Below are positions 28,438-38,353 of a DNA stretch of 64,000 bases, piece by piece (position 1 is the stretch's first letter; each line of letters begins with the position of its first letter). Made by a program: the position numbers and the translations under genes. The notes under the pieces were generated by a model. The model searched no databases. It worked only from the letters and a program-made list of their open reading frames with translations, and was not told the DNA's origin. This DNA comes from Candidatus Sumerlaeaceae bacterium (lineage in GTDB: Bacteria > Sumerlaeota > Sumerlaeia > Sumerlaeales > Sumerlaeaceae). The stretch is taken from the NCBI GenBank assembly GCA_051003195.1, contig JBPCLP010000045.1, positions 160,001-224,000 on the forward strand. Reading direction: 5' to 3'.

Positions 28438-30291
28438 TTAAGGCTTCCTGGACTTATCGTGTATTTTCCGCAACGCCATTAGAGTGTTCAGGTCAACCAT
28501 CTGGATGTCGGGGCGCAGTTTCGCAACTTCGTCGAATAGCTTCCGGTGGGCGCCCGGCGACCAGAGTATCGTCCGGAACACCGAGAAACCTGTGGCTTTG
28601 GGGGCTTTGCGCGCAATGATCGCAGCGCTCTCGGCAGGGGTTCCGGTCAGGTCGGCCGACATTTTGAGGTACGGCATCCCCTCGTGGTTGCCCGGTTTTC
28701 CCTTGTCACGCCAGATGACGGCGCCTCCCGGGGAGAACCTGGCGTAGCGCGAGAGCATGTCGCGACTCATCTGCGGCGCATGGCCTTCAATTACAAAGCC
28801 AGTTACCGACAGATCCCATTGTGCGTAATAGCGTGAGCAGTGCCGCTCCCAGGCGTCCGCGCCGGAAGGTAAACCGGAGAACTTGCGCGGGGGCTCCAGG
28901 CATCCGGGATTCAGATAACCCGCGCCGCTGTCACCCGACACAAAACTGTCGTTGGCGCTGGCGGTCTTCCTGGCATACGCGAGCCCGAAGGGAAATCGGT
29001 CAGCCAGGTTTGGGTTAAACGCCCAGGAAAGCGGCACGCTCCCGCGCTCGGGGTCCTCCCATAGATCGGGCATACGGCGGTACAGCCACGGCGCGGAATC
29101 GTAGTCGCCGACGTAGATTGCCACATAGGTGCCGCTGGTGACGTGGCCATTGGTATCGAGGCGCCCCTTTGTACGAAGCGTCTCGGTCGTAGGCAGATTT
29201 GGTTGAGGATATTTTTCGCGAAGGGGATAATGCTGAAAGAAAGATGCGTTTGCCATCGCGTGATAACCCGGCGCATCGGCATCGATATAGGCGTTGAAGC
29301 AACTCAGCACCTCTACCATGTGCCACTCCGTTGGCACACCCTCGTGTTTCTGTCCTGTGTGCGAGGTATACTTCTGGTCCCAGGGCGTAAAGCCGCCGAC
29401 GTGAATCATTTTATCGCCACCGTTCGCATTGTATGCTGCGTGCATCACCTTGAGCAGCGTTTTGTAGTCGGCGCCCAGTGGTTGTTCCCTGTCATCATCG
29501 GGTGCCTCGTCCGTCCAGGCTGCCAGGTCGAAAAAGAACCCTTTTTGCGCAATGAAGTAGTCGTGATTTGAAAGCAACGTGTCGGCAATTTTGACGGACT
29601 TCGGTTCGCGTAACCAGTACGCATCCGGATAGTAGCCGAGCCGGGACGCATTACACTTGCGCGCTTTGAGGTAGTGCTCCGTGGCCCACGCGTACGCGTC
29701 GCATTTCGTGCTGCCGGTCGAACGGGTGGCAGTATCTGGAATCGTTCCTTTTCCAGTAAACAGGGGAGAGCCATCCTCGTTGAGCAGCCGTCGTTTCACT
29801 GGCAGATGCAGTTGTTCGGTCAGGTATCGATACAGCGATCCCTCGCTGACGTCATAGCGTACCGGCAGCATGTTTTCGACACCTGCGATGGTGCTCGCAA
29901 GATTACTTGTTGCGGCGACTCGCTCATCCCACACCACGAGCCCATTGTACGCAGAACGAAACCGCACCAGCAGGTCCATGCGGGAGCGGATGGGAACCGC
30001 CTTCGACGCGCTCAGCCATTCATCCCCGGCCTGCATCTTGTTCAGCCAGTATTTATCGATGCGCGCATCGTTACCCACCCAGAACAGGTAGAGTTGCGCG
30101 GATTCGCGGTTGGCGAGCCCCTGCAATGCGCATATCATGTGCAACTCATCCCACGCTTGCCGCCGTTGCGATTCGTCTTTCACGTCGAGGGCGTGCAGGT
30201 GGTTGAGGTCGTAAGTATAAAACTCTTTCGGGCCCGCGGTGGCCGAGCTAACCATTATCAGCCACGCGCCCCAGCAAAGTGCAGCATGCAA
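28438..30291 (-). CDS. GxGYxYP-family putative glycoside hydrolase
   Basis: LQGLANR, YVGDYDS, DSGAGYLNP motifs; signal-like N-terminus. Confidence 0.75.
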   Translation of the reverse strand: MHAALCWGAWLIMVSSATAGPKEFYTYDLNHLHALDVKDESQRRQAWDELHMICALQGLANRESAQLYLFWVGNDARIDKYWLNKMQAGDEWLSASKAVPIRSRMDLLVRFRSAYNGLVVWDERVAATSNLASTIAGVENMLPVRYDVSEGSLYRYLTEQLHLPVKRRLLNEDGSPLFTGKGTIPDTATRSTGSTKCDAYAWATEHYLKARKCNASRLGYYPDAYWLREPKSVKIADTLLSNHDYFIAQKGFFFDLAAWTDEAPDDDREQPLGADYKTLLKVMHAAYNANGGDKMIHVGGFTPWDQKYTSHTGQKHEGVPTEWHMVEVLSCFNAYIDADAPGYHAMANASFFQHYPLREKYPQPNLPTTETLRTKGRLDTNGHVTSGTYVAIYVGDYDSAPWLYRRMPDLWEDPERGSVPLSWAFNPNLADRFPFGLAYARKTASANDSFVSGDSGAGYLNPGCLEPPRKFSGLPSGADAWERHCSRYYAQWDLSVTGFVIEGHAPQMSRDMLSRYARFSPGGAVIWRDKGKPGNHEGMPYLKMSADLTGTPAESAAIIARKAPKATGFSVFRTILWSPGAHRKLFDEVAKLRPDIQMVDLNTLMALRKIHDKSRKP

Positions 30292-30456
30292 GCGGAACGC
30301 CTCTCATCCAAGTTTCGTGGCGATAACCCTCAGCAGTACATGGAATGCAAGTGGCGCCTGCTGGAGAATGCGCGACAACAAAATCGGCGCACCGGATGCG
30401 TGTTGGTGATAACGTCTTCCAATTCGACCCGGTGCGCCGGCAGTTAGATCAACGGC

Positions 30457-30678
30457 TTAGCAGCAGGCAGCTTTCACCTCTGTTTTTGCGGCCTCTCGGC
30501 AGTTGCATGAGCCGCAATTGCAGGACCCACAGCAGGATTCCCCGTCGCATTTGCATGAGCAGCTGCAGTTCGTGCAGCAGCAATTGGTGGAGTTCTTCTG
30601 TACCTGATCTGCATTTAGCAGCTGTGCGCCGGCAATGAGGGTCGCGGCAGCAATGGTGGTGATTGCTAGTTTGTTCAT
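30457..30678 (-). CDS. Secreted Cys-rich metallothionein-like peptide (73 aa)
   Basis: AAGGAG RBS before ATG 30678; signal peptide MNKLAITTIAAATLIAGAQLLNA; 15 Cys in the last 41 residues. Confidence 0.75.
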   Translation of the reverse strand: MNKLAITTIAAATLIAGAQLLNADQVQKNSTNCCCTNCSCSCKCDGESCCGSCNCGSCNCREAAKTEVKAACC

Positions 30679-30790
30679 GATAATCTCCTTGAAAACAAAT
30701 GGGCTGAGCCCGTGCTGGTTATGGTGTGTACTGCGGAATTGAGATGTCCCTTGAAGGGCGCGCGTGGCCTCAACGAGCCGCGCGAGAATC

Positions 30791-31150
30791 TCAGATCCGC
30801 AGGTTACATAACAGGAGATAGAGTGATACGGAAGGTGTGTGGGCCGCGGTTGCGACATCCGCAGAGCCGTCGATATCAAATAGCGGTTCCGGCCATCGAG
30901 AAGGCGATGCCGCAGGGGGATTCGCAGTGTTCGGTTTCGTTTCTGCAGAAACGCCGAACTCGCCACTGTCGCTGTGTTTCGCGCAGCAGCTCTGCCATAA
31001 GCATTCGGTTGCTTCATCGCAACAGCGATCTGCTGCTTCCTCCTGCGCCCCCGGACCACAGCAGCAGCATGTAGAAACGCCAGCTGCCAGTGCGAGCCGT
31101 GGCAACAGAAGTAGAATCGAACTCGCGATAAGGAACATGATTCTGTTCAT
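30791..31150 (-). CDS. Cys-rich hypothetical protein (DUF2946-like)
   Basis: Signal-like N-terminus, CCCC/CC/CC clusters, ends LYLLLCNLRI; same layout as 23334-23723. Confidence 0.62.
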   Translation of the reverse strand: MNRIMFLIASSILLLLPRLALAAGVSTCCCCGPGAQEEAADRCCDEATECLWQSCCAKHSDSGEFGVSAETKPNTANPPAASPSRWPEPLFDIDGSADVATAAHTPSVSLYLLLCNLRI

Positions 31151-31319
31151 TGCAGCAGTATAGCAGGAGCTGGTCAGTGAAATTCAAACTTCGGTCTTCA
31201 GCAGGTACATGCTAACCCGAGGACATCCGTGCAGGGCTGATCGATTCGTAATGTGGGGTAACCCGTGCTGCTTGACTCAGACTTTGCGTGCCGACACGCT
31301 AGGGTCGGTCTGCCGTTAT

Positions 31320-31398
31320 TTCGTAACTGTTCTGTGTGCCGAATCGAGGGTAAGTTTGCCCTTTGGTCTGGTAACGAACTGCGGATTCGGCACACTAG
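31320..31398. repeat. ~80-bp palindromic dispersed repeat, copy 1
   Basis: GTGTGCCGAATC...GATTCGGCACAC terminal inverted repeats; near-identical to 35453-35532. Confidence 0.85.
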
Positions 31399-31424
31399 CT
31401 TAACAGCGGAGTGGGAGGCGAGAG

Positions 31425-33908
31425 ATGGAAGGTCCATTAGGGCTACTGGCGGTCATGGTGGGCGCAGTATTTATTGTCGGCCCCATCCTGGGGATCATTG
31501 CGTTCTTTGGAAACCGATCGACGCGTGATCGTGCCGACCGGCTGGAGCGTGAGCTTGCCGATTTGCGACAGCGTATGCGCTCCATGGAAAGCGGATTGCC
31601 CGGGATTCCGACTCCAGCAGCAGCAGCGTCACCCCTGACACCGGCGGCACCTGCGCCACACCGGACAATCGATGATGTGCTGGCGGTAATGGGTGAAACG
31701 ACAAGCAAACAGGCGCCTGGCCCGATGGAACGAATGGTTGGAACCTCGATGCCTGACGAGGCACAGCTCTCACTTGCTGCAACAGAGCAGACTGAGGTAG
31801 GTGAACCAGTGGCGCCCGCGGCGTTTGAAAATGCAAATACGGCAGAGGCTTTGGCTGGCTCGCCCACTGAGAGCGAGGCGCCGGGCACATTGATCCCGCC
31901 GCCGCTGGCACCGCCACTTCCGCCACCGGTCGCACCTGCGCCGCCTCGCGTTTCGCTGCCGACCATGGAAATGAATCTCGGCACCAAATGGTTAGGATGG
32001 GTGGGCGGAGTTCTGCTGATCATGTGTGCGGCATTTTTCCTGAAGTACGCTTACGAAAATGCGTGGATAGGACCGAAAGGTCGGCTGGCTATTGGCGTGC
32101 TTTGCGGCGTTGGGGCGATTGTGCTCGGGGAGAGATTTCGCCGTCGCGACTGGCTGCCACTTTTCCAGACGCTGACGGGAATTGGTCTGGCCACTTTTTA
32201 CATCTGCATCTTCTTTTCATATAAAATTTATCACCTGTCAGGGCCGGGTCCATCGTTCGTCGCTGCGATAGGAGTATCGATGCTGGCAGTGGCGCTGGCG
32301 GTATTTCATAATACCGTATCCATCGCGATCCTTGCGGTGATCGGGGGATTCCTGAGTCCGGTGCTGCTGTCGACAGGAGAGAATCATCCCTACGTGCTAT
32401 TTCTTTATATTGCAGCCCTGAACCTGATAGCGATGGGTGCTGCGTATTTCCGCCGCTGGCATGCGCTGGAACTGCTGTGCTTTGCAGGTACGGCCGTGAT
32501 GATGATGGGGTGGTACGAGAAGTTCGGCAAGCTGCCAGACCAGATGCAACCCGCGCTGATATTCGTGTCACTGTTTTACCTGATGTTCCTGGTGATTCCC
32601 ACACTGCACACACTGGTGCGCGGACTGCCGGACAGCCGCGAGGGAACAATACTCGTTATCCTGAACGCGTTGTTTTCAGCCGTTATGTATTACCGGCTGC
32701 TTTACCCTGCGCACTCGCACGCACTTGGATTCATTGTGCTGGGGCAGGCAGCGATGGTGTTTGTTCTGTTCCGGGCGTGGTCGGCGCGTGTGGGCCAGGA
32801 TAATAACACTGCGCACAGTCTACTTGTCATTGCGCTGGCGCTGATCATTGGAGCAGTGCCTTTGCATCTCAGCCGCTACGGAGTCCCAGTTGTGTGGGCG
32901 CTGGAGGGCGCGCTGCTGGCGTACGCGGGAACGCGGTTCCGCAGCGGGTGGACACAGGGGATGGCAGTAGTCGCTCTTACGCTCGCCACCTTTGCACTGT
33001 TGCGCCGTCTTCCATTGCACACGGCCATGTTCACGCCAATTTTCAACGCGTCGTTTGGCTCCTGGCTACTGGTTGCGGCGTCTGCGATGGTTGCTTCGTG
33101 GCTGCTGTGGAATCGGAGTGCGCCTGAAGATTCGAATCGGCAAGCATTGACGGCGGCTTCGTTTCTGCTGGGGTTTGGACTAACGTGGTACCTGCTGACG
33201 CTTGAGGTAACAAATTACTGGCGCTGGAACTACGTGGGACATCAGCGCGACCACTACACCATGGCGTCAATCCTGGTGCTATGGTCGGTGTTGTCCGCCG
33301 CGGTGGTCACGACCTTATCGGTTCGTAACATGCTGCACGACAAATGGGAAACGATGGCAGCAGTACTGTTTCTTTTTACGGGTCTCGCCTTCCTTGCGGG
33401 GTTGCACGACTACAAAATCGTCTCGACGATGCTGTTTGTTAACACGGCGTTTCTTACCCGAATGGTGTTTTGCGCATCCTTGTGGTGGGCTGCGCGGTGC
33501 TTTGCGCATGGGGAGCGCGGCAGAGCATGGCGTTCGGCTTTCGAAACGAGCGGGTTTATTGCGCTGGCGATCGTGCTGGCGCTGGAATTGCCGCGCTGGA
33601 GTTTTTACAGCGGCGTAGTTTCGCAGCGGATGGCCTTCAGCCTGATTTCAGTGGCCTGGGCAATGCTTGCGTTCGGGCTGATCTGGTTCGGGCTGGCGTC
33701 GCGCGATCGACTAAGGCGCGTGCTCGGGTTTGTGTTATTCGCAGTGGTCGTGCTGAAAGTGCTGTTCGTTGATACCAGCGAACTGGAAAAGGTGTACCGC
33801 ATCGTGTCGTTTGGTGCAACCGGGGCGTTGCTGCTCGCCGCCGGGTACTTCTTCCAGAAGTACAGCGCAATGCTGCTGCAGGAAAGCGAGCGGGAAGAGA
33901 ACCCATGA
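31425..33908 (+). CDS. DUF2339 family polytopic membrane protein
   Basis: N-terminal TM, coiled coil, Pro-rich linker, EMNLGTKWLGWVGG..FFLKYAYEN.WIGP..R, many TM segments, ending KVLFVD...YRIVSF. Confidence 0.88.
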   Translation: MEGPLGLLAVMVGAVFIVGPILGIIAFFGNRSTRDRADRLERELADLRQRMRSMESGLPGIPTPAAAASPLTPAAPAPHRTIDDVLAVMGETTSKQAPGPMERMVGTSMPDEAQLSLAATEQTEVGEPVAPAAFENANTAEALAGSPTESEAPGTLIPPPLAPPLPPPVAPAPPRVSLPTMEMNLGTKWLGWVGGVLLIMCAAFFLKYAYENAWIGPKGRLAIGVLCGVGAIVLGERFRRRDWLPLFQTLTGIGLATFYICIFFSYKIYHLSGPGPSFVAAIGVSMLAVALAVFHNTVSIAILAVIGGFLSPVLLSTGENHPYVLFLYIAALNLIAMGAAYFRRWHALELLCFAGTAVMMMGWYEKFGKLPDQMQPALIFVSLFYLMFLVIPTLHTLVRGLPDSREGTILVILNALFSAVMYYRLLYPAHSHALGFIVLGQAAMVFVLFRAWSARVGQDNNTAHSLLVIALALIIGAVPLHLSRYGVPVVWALEGALLAYAGTRFRSGWTQGMAVVALTLATFALLRRLPLHTAMFTPIFNASFGSWLLVAASAMVASWLLWNRSAPEDSNRQALTAASFLLGFGLTWYLLTLEVTNYWRWNYVGHQRDHYTMASILVLWSVLSAAVVTTLSVRNMLHDKWETMAAVLFLFTGLAFLAGLHDYKIVSTMLFVNTAFLTRMVFCASLWWAARCFAHGERGRAWRSAFETSGFIALAIVLALELPRWSFYSGVVSQRMAFSLISVAWAMLAFGLIWFGLASRDRLRRVLGFVLFAVVVLKVLFVDTSELEKVYRIVSFGATGALLLAAGYFFQKYSAMLLQESEREENP

Positions 33909-35224
33909 AATCAGCAGCGCTCATCACTGCGGCTTTGGTTGGACTTTGTGCGAGCACCGTGGGCGCATTCGATGACAAACACTGGACGTGGCAGCGGGCA
34001 CTTGAAGTACCGCAAACAACCGGTTTTATTACGGTGCCGATCACGCACAAAGTTTTCGACGAGAGCAATTTAGATCTCGCGGATTTGCGTGTATTAGACG
34101 GTGCACGCAATCCCGTGCCGCATCTGATCACATGGACGAACGAAACCGGAAGTGCAAAAATAACTCGCAAGCCGGTGCAGCTTCTTAACGCGACTTACCA
34201 GCCCGGCCAGTTCGCCCGGGTAACGCTGGATTTCGGAGCACCGGAGACTAAGAATGAGATTCACGTGCGCGTCCCAGGGCGAAACTTTCGTCGCAAGGCT
34301 ATGATTGAGGGAAGTACCGACGCGCAATCGTGGGAAACCGTTGCACAGGACCTGTGGCTTTTTGATGTTAGCGTGCAGGAGAAGTCATTCAAAGCGGATA
34401 CATTGCGATTTCCCGCGAACAACTTTCGCTATTTGCGCCTCACAGTTTTCAATATGCCAGATGACCCAGAGCACATTGCGATCGAGGAAGCAAGTGCGAC
34501 GCATTTTGAGGCGGCTTCAAGCACCGGTACAGAAGCTCTCGCACTACGGCAGATGAGCGAAGAGCAGGACACCAAAACTAAACAGACCGCATGGACATTC
34601 GATGCTGGATGGCGCAACCTTCCCATTATGAAGGTGGCGTTTTCGTTCAACGATCCCTACTTCCACCGGGCGTTTGAACTTTATGGTCGAAACAGCACGA
34701 CGGAAATCCTGACGATGCGAACCGAGACAGGGGTGGAGCAGAAGATGCAGGCAACGCCTTGGGCACACGTAGACTCGGGCGTGATGTACCGAATCCTGGA
34801 GGGCAGCGGCCCGCGCGAGTCCCTCGTCGTACAGCAGATGCGTATTCCTTATCGCTATTTGAAGCTGGCCGTCAGCAACCAGGACAATCCGCCGTTGCAT
34901 CTTGATAGTGCTGTCGCTTCTGTCGCACATGCTAAGTTGATTTTCGCCGCCGATCCGAAACAACGCTACATACTCATCGGCGGAAATCGGCGGACAGGCC
35001 AGGCGTCGTACGATTTGCCACACGCTGTTCGAAACCTTAGTCCAGCCGCTCTGCCGGTTGCAAATATCGGAGAAGCGACTCTATTGGCACATAAGCCGGA
35101 GCTGGCGCCGTGGACTGAACGACATTCTTCAGCCCTGTTGGGTGCGCTGGTTGTGGCTGTCGCGTTCATGCTGGGACTGGTCTTCAGCAGCATGCGGAAA
35201 ATGCCTGGTCCACCTGGACCCTGA
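33905..35224 (+). CDS. DUF3999-like exported protein with C-terminal membrane anchor
   Basis: Signal peptide, LADLRVLD, NQDNPPL, C-terminal TM; ATGA-coupled to DUF2339, its usual partner. Confidence 0.78.
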   Translation: MKSAALITAALVGLCASTVGAFDDKHWTWQRALEVPQTTGFITVPITHKVFDESNLDLADLRVLDGARNPVPHLITWTNETGSAKITRKPVQLLNATYQPGQFARVTLDFGAPETKNEIHVRVPGRNFRRKAMIEGSTDAQSWETVAQDLWLFDVSVQEKSFKADTLRFPANNFRYLRLTVFNMPDDPEHIAIEEASATHFEAASSTGTEALALRQMSEEQDTKTKQTAWTFDAGWRNLPIMKVAFSFNDPYFHRAFELYGRNSTTEILTMRTETGVEQKMQATPWAHVDSGVMYRILEGSGPRESLVVQQMRIPYRYLKLAVSNQDNPPLHLDSAVASVAHAKLIFAADPKQRYILIGGNRRTGQASYDLPHAVRNLSPAALPVANIGEATLLAHKPELAPWTERHSSALLGALVVAVAFMLGLVFSSMRKMPGPPGP

Positions 35225-35255
35225 GCGCAACAAATCAGTTAAAGTACGTTTGCGG

Positions 35256-35363
35256 CGCCCCTTCAGGGCGCGAAAAATGGGGTTGCTGTAACCCAGGGCT
35301 GCGTCGGCCACAAAAAGCCGTGGCCTCCTTTCCCTGGGCTGTGTTCCGCTGCACCTTCGGTGC
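35256..35363. repeat. REP-like composite palindromic element
   Basis: CGCCCCTTCAGGGCG, ACCCAGGG/CCCTGGG arms and a GCACCTTCGGTGC hairpin. Confidence 0.65.
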
Positions 35364-35452
35364 AAAAATCCTGAGCGCTGCGGATTCCAAAAAGCCGGAA
35401 TCATGGAATTATGCCGCGAAATTGTGAGACAACAAACTAGGTCTACCTTTAG

Positions 35453-35532
35453 TTCGTAATCAGTTCTGTGTGCCGAATCGAGGGTAAGTTTGCGCTTTCG
35501 TCTGGTAGTGAACTACCGATTCGGCATAGTAG
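35453..35532. repeat. ~80-bp palindromic dispersed repeat, copy 2
   Basis: Shares GTTCTGTGTGCCGAATCGAGGGTAAGTTTGC..TCTGGTA..GAACT..GATTCGGCA with copy 1. Confidence 0.85.
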
Positions 35533-35626
35533 TGCGGTGGACGTCGACTGTAATGTCGAAACTCCCAAGGAGAAGGATTGTAGCCCGCACTTGCATCCAG
35601 ATAATAGCTCACGCAGTTGGGCGGAT

Positions 35627-37978
35627 ATGTCGCTAAAAGAAGACGCCCTGGAGTACCACGCGGGTCCGCCGCCCGGAAAGCTGGAGATCGCCGCCACCAA
35701 GCCGTGCCTGACGCAGCGCGACCTTGCGCTGGCATATTCGCCGGGAGTAGCTGCGGCGTGCGATGCGATTGTCGCGAATCCTGATGACGCATTCAAGCTG
35801 ACCGCACGCGGCAATTTTGTTGCCGTGGTGACAAACGGAACGGCGGTGCTGGGGCTCGGCAATATCGGACCGCTGGCGGCCAAACCCGTGATGGAAGGTA
35901 AGGCGCTGCTGTTTAAGCGTTTTGCGGATATCGACGCGATCGACCTCTGCCTGGACGCGCCGGACCCGGAGCAGTTTATCAACGCGTGCAAGGCGATTGA
36001 ACCGAGCTTCGGCGGCATCAACCTTGAGGACATCAAGGCGCCGGAATGTTTCGTCATCGAAGAGCGTCTGAAGCGTGAGATGAACATTCCGGTCATTCAC
36101 GACGACCAGCATGGGACTGCCATTATCTCGGGTGCGGCGTTGCTCAACGCGCTGGAACTGGCAAATAAGAACATTGAAGACGTACGGATTGTCTTCAGCG
36201 GCGCGGGTGCGGCGGCGTTGGCCACGGCGCGTTTTTATGTGCACCTGGGAGCGCATCGGGAAAACATTATCATGAGCGATTTGCATGGGGTGGTCTACGC
36301 CGGCCGCAGCCAGGGTATGAATCCGTACATGGCGGAATTCGCCGCGGTGACGCACGCGCGCACGCTGTCGGAGATCATGCGAGAGGCCGACGTCTTTGTC
36401 GGACTCTCGGTGAGCGGGCTTGTAAGTAAAGAGATGATCGCGTCGATGGCGAAGACGCCGATTGTTTTCGCGCTGGCGAACCCGGACCCGGAAATCAGTT
36501 ACGAAGATGCGAAGGCCGCACGCCCTGACGCAATTGTCGCGACCGGGCGAAGCGATTATCCGAACCAGGTAAACAATGTTCTCGGATTTCCCTTTATCTT
36601 CCGCGGCGCACTCGACGTTCGCGCGACCACAATTAATGACGAAATGAAAGTTGCGGCGAGCCGGGCGCTGGCCGCTTTAGCGCGTGAGGATGTGCCGGAG
36701 AGTGTGGTGCAGGCCTATGGGCTGGAGTCGTTGCGGTTTGGTCCGGATTACCTGATCCCGAAACCAGTGGATTCGCGTATTCTGCTGTGGGAAGCTCCCG
36801 CGGTAGCAGAGGCAGCAATGCGCAGCGGGGTGGCCCGGGTACAAATAGACCTGGCGCTGTATCGCGAGCAACTGGAGGCACGGCTTGGCAAGAGCCGGGA
36901 GATGATGCGCATTGTTTTCAACAAGGCAAAATCGGACCTGCGCCGCGTGGTGCTTGTGCAGGGGGAGAACGAGCGCATGATTCGCGCCGCCTATCAACTG
37001 GCGGATGAGCGACTGGCGCGGCCTGTTTTGCTGGGCAATGAAGAGCAGATTCGGAAAACCGCGGCATCGCTTCAGTTGGATCTCAATGAGGTGGAAATTG
37101 AAAATCCCGCGACGTCGGCACATCGGGAGAGTTTTGCGCAGCGGATCTACTGGCTGCGGCACCGTAAGGGAGTGCGGTTGAACGAGGCCAACGAGATGGC
37201 GGGCGTGGCGGACTACTTCGGATCGATCATGGTTGAGCAGGGTTTGGCCGATGCCATGATCACCGGCCTTGGCGCGAGTTATCCCGACAGCTTGCGACCG
37301 CCGTTGCAGATCATCGGAACGCAGATTCAGCGCGGAAGTACAGGGTTTGCGAAGCGGAGTGCTGGCGAGCCGCAGGGCATTGCCGTGGGAGCGCTGATCG
37401 GTGCGGAAGTCTCGGCCGCGAGACGCGGAGTCGCGGCAGGCATTTACCTCGTAACGACGCGCAATCGTTTCCTGTTCGTTGCTGACGTGGCCGTGAATAT
37501 CGAGCCGGACGCTGAGACACTGGCAGAGATTGCGATTTTAACCGCGCACCTGGCGCGAGATTTCGACGTGGAGCCGCGCGTTGCCATGCTGAGTTTTTCG
37601 AATTTCGGCAGTGTGAATCACCCGCGCACGGAACTGGTGCGACGCGCAACGGAGATTGTCCGACGGCGCGAGCCCAAGATGGCCATCGACGGGGAAATGC
37701 AGGCCACGGTCGCTCTTTCGGAGGAGCAGCTGAACACCTATTATCCGTTCAACAATCTGCGCAAGGAAGCGAATGTGCTTATATTCCCAAGTTTGGAAGC
37801 GGGTAACATTGCTTATAAAATGGTACAACGGCTTGCGAATGCGGAAGTCGTTGGTCCAATCCTCGTTGGTATGGCGCGGCCGGTGCACGTGCTGCAGCGG
37901 GGCGACCAAGTGAAGGATATTGTAAACCTTGCGGCGCTGGCGGCGGTGGATGCGCAGCGGCGGGGGCGCAGCGTGTAA
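35627..37978 (+). CDS. maeB: NADP-dependent malic enzyme with phosphotransacetylase-like domain
   Basis: [50 protein letters not shown]-terminal PTA domain ([15 protein letters not shown]). Start set at ATG 35627. Confidence 0.95.
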   Translation: MSLKEDALEYHAGPPPGKLEIAATKPCLTQRDLALAYSPGVAAACDAIVANPDDAFKLTARGNFVAVVTNGTAVLGLGNIGPLAAKPVMEGKALLFKRFADIDAIDLCLDAPDPEQFINACKAIEPSFGGINLEDIKAPECFVIEERLKREMNIPVIHDDQHGTAIISGAALLNALELANKNIEDVRIVFSGAGAAALATARFYVHLGAHRENIIMSDLHGVVYAGRSQGMNPYMAEFAAVTHARTLSEIMREADVFVGLSVSGLVSKEMIASMAKTPIVFALANPDPEISYEDAKAARPDAIVATGRSDYPNQVNNVLGFPFIFRGALDVRATTINDEMKVAASRALAALAREDVPESVVQAYGLESLRFGPDYLIPKPVDSRILLWEAPAVAEAAMRSGVARVQIDLALYREQLEARLGKSREMMRIVFNKAKSDLRRVVLVQGENERMIRAAYQLADERLARPVLLGNEEQIRKTAASLQLDLNEVEIENPATSAHRESFAQRIYWLRHRKGVRLNEANEMAGVADYFGSIMVEQGLADAMITGLGASYPDSLRPPLQIIGTQIQRGSTGFAKRSAGEPQGIAVGALIGAEVSAARRGVAAGIYLVTTRNRFLFVADVAVNIEPDAETLAEIAILTAHLARDFDVEPRVAMLSFSNFGSVNHPRTELVRRATEIVRRREPKMAIDGEMQATVALSEEQLNTYYPFNNLRKEANVLIFPSLEAGNIAYKMVQRLANAEVVGPILVGMARPVHVLQRGDQVKDIVNLAALAAVDAQRRGRSV

Positions 37979-38277
37979 TTGGGGACGAGCAAGTCGTTGT
38001 ACGTGCCGCCGCTCTACATAAGCGGTTCGGGCGGGTCTAATCGCGATCATGGGGGCGGTAGTCTTGGTCGCAGATCGCAAGTGGAGCGGGCAGATTGTTT
38101 CCTGCAGGAAGGGGGCTCGAGGTAAGTACTGGTTTGAGATGGAACGGGAAAAACGGCAGACGGTGCAGGTAAACACCTGCGCGGGCTGAGCCTGGATTGG
38201 GCATTTGCTTGTGTAGAATAAAGCGGCAGAGGTCCTGTTATACACCCCTGCGGCGCGCCAGATGGTGCGGCAAGTAT

Positions 38278-38353
38278 GCGGGAATAGCTCAGTTGGTAGA
38301 GCGCCACCTTGCCAAGGTGGAGGTCGCGAGTTCGAGACTCGTTTCCCGCTCCA
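38278..38353 (+). tRNA. tRNA-Gly(GCC), probable island integration site
   Basis: GCGGGAATAGCTCAGTTGGTAGAGC..CTTGCCAAG..GTTCGAGAC..TTCCCGCTCCA, 76 nt. Confidence 0.97.

Noticed and set aside
30679..31059. N-terminal extension of the 200-aa ORF
   Set aside because: Overlaps the 30791-31150 gene in another frame; the RBS and signal peptide point to ATG 30678.
31320..35532. The 80-bp repeats as integron attC sites or CRISPR repeats
   Set aside because: No RYYYAAC/GTTRRRY ends, only two copies 4 kb apart, and no intI or cas genes seen.
35468..35626. N-terminal extension of MaeB
   Set aside because: Starts inside the dispersed repeat; family similarity begins at ATG 35627.
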